From a virus: a stretch of DNA of 35,726 nt. The notes under the pieces were generated by a model that saw only the letters and a program-made list of their open reading frames with translations, had not been told where the DNA came from and ran no database searches. The stretch lies in IMG/VR virus record IMGVR_UViG_3300028189_000002, one strand, 5' to 3'. Below are positions 7,791-13,664 of the stretch, piece by piece. A program made the translations under genes and the position numbers. Within the stretch, counting starts at the first letter, position 1, and each line of letters begins with the position of its first letter.

Positions 7791-7810
7791 AAGTTTCGCG
7801 AAACTTTTTT
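7791..7810. terminator. Palindromic terminator downstream of the PKD gene
   Basis: Perfect 16-bp palindrome AAGTTTCGCGAAACTT (7791-7806) with T-runs on both strands, about 105 nt after the stop at 7917. Confidence 0.55.
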
Positions 7811-7916
7811 CTAAGCAGAGCGTAAAGATTTAAAGCTGTTAGATTTTAAATACCTTTAAGCTGAGTGAAGCGAAGTAGGAAATTTTTTATGAGGGTTGTG
7901 CAATTAGAAATGATTG

Positions 7917-8855
7917 TTATGGTGTTGGGTCTGTAACATCAAAGTTTTCTGTAGGGTTTTCAGCCGTGGAGAATTCTACATAGGGTGCGTTTATACCAGA
8001 TGGCCTACGTTTCCAGCTCCATGCAGTAGAAGCACCTGATAAATCCGTGAAGGTACTATCAATATCATCTAATCCTTTGCGTAGATCTGCGGAGAAATCT
8101 GCTTCGGGGTCGTTTACTGTGATGTAACTTGCTTTAGTTTCAACGTCATTATTACCTGCCGCAAATGTGTGTTTATATATTCGTGGTGCTGATGCAATAT
8201 CCCATCCATTTTTATTTGGACTACTTGGTGAGCTTAGTATTGTTGGCGCACTTTCACCGCCACCTGATGGTTCAAAGGTTCTTGTTATACTTGTTCCTGC
8301 AAAAGCTGTAACATCTTCAACGAATAAATCTGTGAAGAATGGCGCACCTGTAGAGGGTAATATCATTCCTGATTCAATAAACTTTATACCGTTTTCTGGT
8401 CCTTGTACTGTAGAAAAAGGAATTCTAAATTCAATTATATGAGAAGTAAAAGATGTTAAGTCGAGTCCTAGTGTTGATTTTGCTTGTCTGTATGTGTATG
8501 TTCCTGATAGATTCCTTACATCGTATCTACCTTGAACTGAAGAAGCTCCAAAACTTGCCGCTAGTAATGCTACATGTGCGGCCGCGTTTGATCCTGCTGA
8601 TCCTGTTCTTTGTAATCTACTTACACTTGTGCCATTTGTAACGGTTTCTCCTGATGATGTGAATGCTCTCAATGTTACAGTGTAAGTACCTGCCACTGTA
8701 TAGACATGAACAGGGTTTTGTACGTTAGAAGATCCACCGTCACCGAAATTCCATAGCCAGTTTGTGGGAGATCCGGTAGAAGTATCAGTAAATGTAACCG
8801 TTAAATCTCTTGCACCTGTTTGAACATCTGAAGTGAATGCCGCGACTACTGCCAT
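7917..8855 (-). CDS. PKD/Ig-like domain virion surface protein (312 aa)
   Basis: The N-terminus LTVTFTDTSTGSPTNWLWNFGDGGSSNVQNPVHVYTVAGTYTVTLRA is a canonical PKD repeat. A second degenerate PKD-like segment lies at the C-terminus (DFSADL..STFTDLS..WSW). Confidence 0.7.
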   Translation of the reverse strand: MAVVAAFTSDVQTGARDLTVTFTDTSTGSPTNWLWNFGDGGSSNVQNPVHVYTVAGTYTVTLRAFTSSGETVTNGTSVSRLQRTGSAGSNAAAHVALLAASFGASSVQGRYDVRNLSGTYTYRQAKSTLGLDLTSFTSHIIEFRIPFSTVQGPENGIKFIESGMILPSTGAPFFTDLFVEDVTAFAGTSITRTFEPSGGGESAPTILSSPSSPNKNGWDIASAPRIYKHTFAAGNNDVETKASYITVNDPEADFSADLRKGLDDIDSTFTDLSGASTAWSWKRRPSGINAPYVEFSTAENPTENFDVTDPTP

Positions 8856-8864
8856 ATTATTATC

Positions 8865-9764
8865 CTATAAGTAAGGGCTGATACTAACTGAAATAAAATT
8901 CCGCTTCTCTCCGACAAATTCTTCACCGTCAATAGTAACCGTCAATTGTATATCCCATTCTTGAATTGCCCATTCTGGTGTCCGTCTACGGTAAAATGCG
9001 CTCAAGGTTTTCTGCATGAATGCTTGATACGCTCCCATCGGTGGGAACAGAGCCAAGTACCAGTGTTCTTTCTTTGGTCTTGGCCCAATGCCAATAGGTA
9101 TTTCTCCGGTAGCTGGTTGAATGTTCCAGGTTGCAACCGCTTTATCTTTGAAGATCCTCTTAGTTTCATCACTTCCGATTAATAAACTTGCCCAATCGAT
9201 TGCGGCTGAATGTTTTTCTATGAGATTTGCCCGGTCAATCTTTAATCGTTCTGATGTTTTACTCGGTTGGTTATTAGCATTATCAATTTCATAATCCCTG
9301 AATCTTCTTCTGAATCTTGTCCTCGGGGTTTTCCCTTTCCTGAATCGTTCTTTCTTTACTTTAGATTCTTTCTTTCTGGTTGAAGTATTACTGACTCCAT
9401 CTTTCTTTTTCTTCTTCCCCTTGTTATTATCAATCCGCTTCTGTTTCTTATTAAACTTCTCTAATCTAAAGTCTTCGTCAGCCTCTAAATCAAAGGGCCA
9501 TTTTATATTACTTGGTGTGAAGAAATCTGGATCTGTATCATAATGCTCAATTTCCCTTAACTCCATTTCCATGAATAGATTAGTGTGTGCTATCTGTAAT
9601 CGTTTATTCTTTGGATCTATGAGATGTTGAAGCTCAACTCTATTGTGGGCTCGTATTAATAATATGGTTGGGAGTGAATGAACGTATGATTTATTTAACA
9701 AACTGGTAGAAAGCGTACCGATGTCTGCTGAAGTAATAGTTTGCGTTGTTTTATTTTCTGCCAT
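8865..9764 (-). CDS. hypothetical protein with an extremely basic central segment (299 aa)
   Basis: Track ORF. Central segment KKQKRIDNNKGKKKKKDG..RKKESKVKKERFRKGKTPRTRFRRRFR. It sits between connector-like and PKD genes. Confidence 0.6.
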   Translation of the reverse strand: MAENKTTQTITSADIGTLSTSLLNKSYVHSLPTILLIRAHNRVELQHLIDPKNKRLQIAHTNLFMEMELREIEHYDTDPDFFTPSNIKWPFDLEADEDFRLEKFNKKQKRIDNNKGKKKKKDGVSNTSTRKKESKVKKERFRKGKTPRTRFRRRFRDYEIDNANNQPSKTSERLKIDRANLIEKHSAAIDWASLLIGSDETKRIFKDKAVATWNIQPATGEIPIGIGPRPKKEHWYLALFPPMGAYQAFMQKTLSAFYRRRTPEWAIQEWDIQLTVTIDGEEFVGEKRNFISVSISPYL

Positions 9765-9776
9765 GATTAAGGATTA

Positions 9777-10238
9777 TCAATAAAAGTCCATTTTCCTGAA
9801 AGCCTTACTCGGATTCAATCGATTACCGTCACGATCTTTCTTAGATAAAGCAACTGTTGGCTCGACTCCTGCGTTGGTTGAAGTAATCTTGTCTAATTCT
9901 GTCGAACTGTCCGGACCTGTAGCCATGATACGTAACTTGTTTATCAAACTCTTAGCTTCCTGAAAGAACGGATTGTATGTAGCGAACTCGAAACCTGCTG
10001 TAGTTGAATTAGATTTCAGTATCATACCAACAGCATAATTCGCTTCAGCCATTACAATGGTCTTAGATACAGTGCCGGTAAATGGAACAGTGTACCTATC
10101 TCTGAGGTTGTCATTCACCCAATCGTATGCTAAGGCACGTTCAAGTGCAAAGTCGCTTAGAGAGAGCGAATACCCGGGCGTTGTAGCTATGCCATGAAAC
10201 AACTGGTCAAGCTCCGCGTCTGTACTATATGTCGCCAT
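9777..10238 (-). CDS. head-tail connector/adaptor-like protein (gp6/DUF1320-like)
   Basis: MATYSTDAELDQL..ALERALAYDWVNDNLRDRYTVPF resembles the Y-t-aDl ... RY.vP N-terminal pattern of Mu gp36/DUF1320-type adaptors. AGGAGGA SD at 10246-10252. Confidence 0.4.
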   Translation of the reverse strand: MATYSTDAELDQLFHGIATTPGYSLSLSDFALERALAYDWVNDNLRDRYTVPFTGTVSKTIVMAEANYAVGMILKSNSTTAGFEFATYNPFFQEAKSLINKLRIMATGPDSSTELDKITSTNAGVEPTVALSKKDRDGNRLNPSKAFRKMDFY

Positions 10239-10277
10239 TTACTTATCCTCCTGAATAATTGATGTAATTTCTCTGTG

Positions 10278-10306
10278 ATTTAATACGAAATAATATAGAT
10301 TGTCAA
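10278..10306 (-). promoter_or_regulatory. Candidate promoter of the - strand structural unit
   Basis: The - strand reads TTGACA (10306-10301), 17 nt, then TTAAAT (10283-10278), about 35 nt upstream of the SD and ATG at 10238. Confidence 0.35.
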
Positions 10307-10358
10307 TGTTAAAACGGTATAACTGTACGTAATATATAATGGTTGTTGATTAGATAGG

Positions 10359-10423
10359 TGTGACAAAATGTCAAAAAGATGTAAGTCCTTGTGACAAAAT
10401 GTCAAAGAGTGTGTCAATGTCAC
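10359..10423. promoter_or_regulatory. Operator-like palindromes (TGACA-AAA-TGTCA)
   Basis: The identical 17-mer TGTGACAAAATGTCAAA occurs at 10359-10375 and 10390-10406, a 31-bp spacing. A related GTGTCAATGTCAC lies at 10411-10423. Confidence 0.5.
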
Positions 10424-10554
10424 GTTTGGATAGGTAAACAGTGGGTGCAGGAAATTTGCTGCGCACTTTGGCCTTGCCTACACTGCGTGCGAACACTTCT
10501 GTTCGGAATATTCTTGCGCAGGAATTTCGCAAAAAACATTAAAAAAGCTCTTTT

Positions 10555-10583
10555 TTGACCCTTTTTGGCCCTTTTGTGATCAT
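10555..10583 (+). promoter_or_regulatory. Candidate extended -10 promoter reading into the structured non-coding block
   Basis: TTGACC (10555-10560), 17 nt, then TGt-GATCAT (10575-10583). Confidence 0.3.
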
Positions 10584-10589
10584 GTCCAA

Positions 10590-10831
10590 AATCGTAGTTT
10601 TTGAGGGGTGGTGGTCGGGATAAGGAGCGTAGTAATAGAGAGGTCATTAATAAAATGTGAAGATAACATAAAGCACATTATGTTAGGCTGTAAGCCGGTA
10701 TCAATAAGAGTAGCTTTCTGTCAGATAACTAGTTAGTTATCGGATGGCAAGCGTTGGAAGGTTCAATTGATGGTAGGAATACCGCTTCACATTTTATTAG
10801 TGGGCGAACGCCTCCGCTGGCTTTTGTTTTT
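10590..10831 (+). ncRNA. Candidate ~240-nt structured RNA (unknown class)
   Basis: A 15-bp perfect closing helix pairs 10648-10662 with 10785-10799, extendable to 19 bp with G-U pairs. It encloses three local hairpins: 10664-10685, 10686-10696 and 10724-10741. An upstream promoter-like site and the downstream T-tract TTTTGTTTTT (10822-10831) flank it. No ORF is present. Confidence 0.3.
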
Positions 10832-10900
10832 AAATAGATTGGTTCATTTGAGCCGTTGCTTCTGGTAAATAAAAACGTGTCGTTTTTTATTTATAATGTA

Positions 10901-11023
10901 TGCCGGCTACTCCCTGCCAGCCCAGAGGAAAGTAACCTCAACAAACAAAGAAAATAATACCTTTAATAATAATATATACTTTTGAATAGAATGGGTGGGG
11001 CTGGCCGAGGGAGGGGGATGGCA
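10901..11023. other. GC-rich long-range helix (second candidate structured element)
   Basis: 10901-10905 pairs with 11019-11023. CTCCCT 10910-10915 pairs with AGGGAG 11008-11013. GCCAGCCC 10916-10923 pairs with GGGCTGGC 10998-11005. Together these are about 19 bp closing a 74-nt AT-rich loop. TATAAT lies just upstream at 10892-10897. Confidence 0.3.
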
Positions 11024-11343
11024 TATAAGAAATAACATTGAGCGTTTAGCGAACACCATATTGTAGTTCTTCGTATAAAATGATTAACATAGTATGTTCA
11101 TCTTTTTATATATTAAACAACAATGAGCCTGTCGAGGATTCAGTCTTTATCGAATCCAGGCGAATACTTTTATCAATCTTCCTTCCAAATAAACCATCCA
11201 CACTAATCAAGCTGAGAGTAATCGAAGCGTAGCAAATCATTCATCCAATATAAATCCACCTCACTAATATAAACATGCATCCGAATTCTTTTAATTAAAG
11301 AACAATGAGCTATCCTTATTTTTTTTATTAATAGCGAATTCAT

Positions 11344-11387
11344 CTAAGTAAAAATTTTTATACCTAAGTATAAAAAAAATTTTTATA
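11344..11387. repeat. Tandem A/T-tract direct repeat inside a very AT-rich 340-bp block (11320-11660)
   Basis: CTAAGTAAAAATTTTTATA (11344-11362) and CTAAGTATAAAAAAAATTTTTATA (11364-11387). The surrounding sequence has A8/T6-8 tracts (11496-11550). Confidence 0.7.
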
Positions 11388-11665
11388 GAAAAATATTTTA
11401 AAGGAACACCAATGACGTATTCTTTTTTTCTTATAGTAGAAGAAAGATAAGGTAGAAAGATTGTAGATCCTACTTCCGAATGCTATGTGATTATCAATCA
11501 ATCAAAAAAAAATTTAAAAAAAATCAAAAATAAATTTTTTACTTTTAAAAAATTAATATACTGACTCACATAAATATACTTCCGTGTAAGACTCATTTAA
11601 AATTATTGATAATCTATATATATCTATTTAATCAACTCACCCTCCAAAATAACACTTTTTTTATA

Positions 11666-11694
11666 TTGACTTGCGTAAGCTGTTATGATAAGAT
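11666..11694 (+). promoter_or_regulatory. Near-consensus sigma70-type promoter of the long + strand operon
   Basis: TTGACT (11666-11671), 17 nt, then TGa-TAAGAT (11686-11694). The ATG at 11702 begins 8 nt after the -10. Confidence 0.55.
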
Positions 11695-11701
11695 ATGCAT
11701 T

Positions 11702-11926
11702 ATGAAAATGATTGATACTATACAGGAAATGATTTATGGATTTGAAAGGGATAAAGGGGTTGTGCCGACTGAGATATTTATACCTGTCCTTGATTATCTA
11801 ATTTTAAAAGAAGAAGCTGAACCATTTCTTTTAAATGAGAAGCCACAAGATAGGGAATTAATGAAGATATGCGGATTGGCAATTGAACAAACCTACTCTG
11901 AATTGGGTGTGTACTTAGAATCTTAA
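11702..11926 (+). CDS. hypothetical protein (74 aa), probably translated from a leaderless mRNA
   Basis: Track ORF 11606..11926 trimmed to the in-frame ATG at 11702 (MKMIDTIQEMIYGF..). The upstream part runs over the promoter and is low-complexity. There is no SD. Confidence 0.5.
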   Translation: MKMIDTIQEMIYGFERDKGVVPTEIFIPVLDYLILKEEAEPFLLNEKPQDRELMKICGLAIEQTYSELGVYLES

Positions 11927-11992
11927 TTTTGCGGTTATGATATAGTTGTTGTTAATTGTTACTGGTGTTTAATCTTTTTTGGAGAATGTAAT

Positions 11993-12361
11993 ATGAATTG
12001 TGATACTGGTAGATTTGAGAATTTTAATAGTGGTGATGATATTAAGCCTCCGTGGAGAGAGTGGTCGGTTGACGAGTTGATTGTGGTTAAGGATGAAAAT
12101 ACGAAGAAGTTGGTTATGTCCAGGTTGCTGGTTGGTAATCGTAGCGGTGGGGTGTTGGTACATAAGAACCAGATTGACATATTATCTGCAGGTAGGATTA
12201 AGGCTATGCAGGGTAGAAGGCACCGAAGACTTATACTAATATTTATGTTGATGAACCGATTATATGTTTTGATTCAAAGAGTCTGTTTGATTTGTATGCG
12301 CTGGTTGCTGATAGGAAGGTTGAGCAGACTTTTATATTTTTGGGGTTATAGGTATGGATAA
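11993..12361 (+). CDS. hypothetical protein (122 aa as written; the 3' third may be frameshifted)
   Basis: GGAG lies 8 nt upstream. The N-terminal 75 aa look protein-like. The C-terminal RRHRRLILIFMLMNRLYVLIQRVCLICMRWLL looks like off-frame sequence, while the -1 frame reads KTYTNIYVDEPIICFDSKSLFDLYALVADRKVEQTFIFLGL. Confidence 0.45.
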   Translation: MNCDTGRFENFNSGDDIKPPWREWSVDELIVVKDENTKKLVMSRLLVGNRSGGVLVHKNQIDILSAGRIKAMQGRRHRRLILIFMLMNRLYVLIQRVCLICMRWLLIGRLSRLLYFWGYRYG

Positions 12362-12461
12362 GGAATTTATAATTATGGTGTTGAGGTATGTGATCCCGGG
12401 TGTGTGCTTGGTTGTAATGGTGGGGTTGGGTGTTTTGTTTGTGAAGGGTAGGGGGGAATGA
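12354..12461 (+). CDS. putative membrane micro-peptide (35 aa)
   Basis: Hand translation gives MDKEFIIMVLRYVIPGVCLVVMVGLGVLFVKGRGE. It links the neighbouring ORFs through overlapping start and stop codons. Confidence 0.3.
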   Translation: MDKEFIIMVLRYVIPGVCLVVMVGLGVLFVKGRGE

Positions 12462-12634
12462 GATACTACAAAATATCATTCAGGATGTTTAAGAAGAATT
12501 GTGCGCATAGGTTGTATGTTAAAGGTAATTGTGCTGAACTATATGAATATGATGTCCGTATTAGAGTAGATGTTCATACTAAATGCACCGAGGCTAATTG
12601 CCCTGTGTTAAAGAAATTGGAGGAAGTGAAATGA
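12458..12634 (+). CDS. putative 4-Cys small protein (58 aa, below the track cutoff)
   Basis: Hand translation gives MRYYKISFRMFKKNCAHRLYVKGNCAELYEYDVRIRVDVHTKCTEANCPVLKKLEEVK. ATGA overlaps occur at both ends. Confidence 0.4.
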   Translation: MRYYKISFRMFKKNCAHRLYVKGNCAELYEYDVRIRVDVHTKCTEANCPVLKKLEEVK

Positions 12635-12933
12635 GTGATGCACCTGAGAGGATATGGGTTGAGAATCTAAATGCAAATTACAGACATTCGAGTAATTGTT
12701 CTTTGACTGACCCTAAATTAGATCCACAAGATCATAGGGTTATGGATGAATATATAATCAAAGATACTGCGGATAAAGAGATGGAGAAAATCTTACAGCC
12801 GATAAGGGATGTGATGAAAATAAGATACGTTGATTCAGGAAATACTTTAGATCAATGTAATGATAAACGTACAGAACTTCTTAATATCAAACAGGCTGTA
12901 TATGCAACTATTTCAATTGCGGATAATAAATAA
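12631..12933 (+). CDS. hypothetical protein (100 aa)
   Basis: Track ORF 12598..12933 (TTG start) trimmed to ATG 12631, 7 nt after GGAGG. The protein starts MSDAPERIWVENL. Confidence 0.55.
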   Translation: MSDAPERIWVENLNANYRHSSNCSLTDPKLDPQDHRVMDEYIIKDTADKEMEKILQPIRDVMKIRYVDSGNTLDQCNDKRTELLNIKQAVYATISIADNK

Positions 12934-12997
12934 GTACCATCCATTCAAGGCGTATATGCGAGCAATCGCTTGATTCGAGAAAGGGAGTCGATGGGGT

Positions 12998-13195
12998 ATG
13001 TGCCTTGAGTTGATAGTATTTATGAGCGATAAGAAAGAAAAATTTACGGAAGAAGATATAGTTGATTGTTGGGATGCTCATGTGTTTTACTTGATGGGTA
13101 TACTGAACGGTGATTATAATATTGATGAAGCTCGGGAAGACCTAAGAAGTTTGATTGGTAGTAAATACGATCCTAGATTAATTGTGGGGAAATAG
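12998..13195 (+). CDS. hypothetical protein (65 aa)
   Basis: Track ORF with GGGAG about 9 nt upstream. Confidence 0.45.
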   Translation: MCLELIVFMSDKKEKFTEEDIVDCWDAHVFYLMGILNGDYNIDEAREDLRSLIGSKYDPRLIVGK

Positions 13196-13198
13196 ATA

Positions 13199-13354
13199 AT
13201 GATATGTCCTAATTGTTTGAAGAATATAAGTGATAAGGTGGTTGGTCGGTATTGGGGCGCGAAGGGTGGTAGTAAGTCTAAGCGTGTGATTACTCCGGAA
13301 CAACAAGTTAAAATGCAGGAGGGTAGGAACGATGCGAAACAGAGAAGAAGTTAA
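13199..13354 (+). CDS. hypothetical small basic protein (51 aa, below the track cutoff)
   Basis: Hand translation gives MICPNCLKNISDKVVGRYWGAKGGSKSKRVITPEQQVKMQEGRNDAKQRRS. Confidence 0.4.
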   Translation: MICPNCLKNISDKVVGRYWGAKGGSKSKRVITPEQQVKMQEGRNDAKQRRS

Positions 13355-13359
13355 GTATA

Positions 13360-13485
13360 ATGAAAGGCATCAGTGTAATAAGTGGGTTGGTGTTGCGTTT
13401 TGGGTGTGTGTGTTTATTGTTACTTTGTATTTGTGTTGTGATTGATTATGGAAAGGAAGGGCGATATGAATGTAGAGGCGTTTGA
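13360..13485 (+). CDS. putative Cys/Val-rich membrane micro-peptide (41 aa)
   Basis: Hand translation gives MKGISVISGLVLRFGCVCLLLLCICVVIDYGKEGRYECRGV. Confidence 0.25.
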   Translation: MKGISVISGLVLRFGCVCLLLLCICVVIDYGKEGRYECRGV

Positions 13486-13657
13486 TTCAGTAAAGTGGAC
13501 AGGGCAAATGAGAGTGGAGTATAAGAATAAGATTTATGATGTAGCCTCTGTCGATTTTGAAGAAAGACTTATCGGTATTAGCGGTTATTGTGATGGTGGC
13601 GATGAAAGCGATGTGCAATGGATAAGATGTGAAAATGCTGTAATAAACAAATTATAA
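13466..13657 (+). CDS. hypothetical protein (63 aa)
   Basis: Track ORF 13442..13657 (TTG start) trimmed to ATG 13466, which follows AAGGAAGG. Confidence 0.45.
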   Translation: MNVEAFDSVKWTGQMRVEYKNKIYDVASVDFEERLIGISGYCDGGDESDVQWIRCENAVINKL

Positions 13658-13664
13658 AATAACT

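Noticed and set aside
10420-10647. 75-aa - strand ORF, the only track ORF inside the large non-coding region
   Set aside because: It has no SD or promoter context and has low-complexity, junk-like composition (MTSLLLRSLSRPPPLKNY..KRAKKGQKRAF). It runs across the operator-like sites and the promoter-like TTGACC box, so I treat it as a chance ORF. It should be rechecked if homologues exist.
10799-10831. Canonical intrinsic terminator call at the 3' end of the candidate ncRNA
   Set aside because: The local GC hairpin is only 4-5 bp with a bulge and lies 7 nt from the T-tract. I therefore did not list it as a terminator feature, only as supporting context for the candidate RNA.
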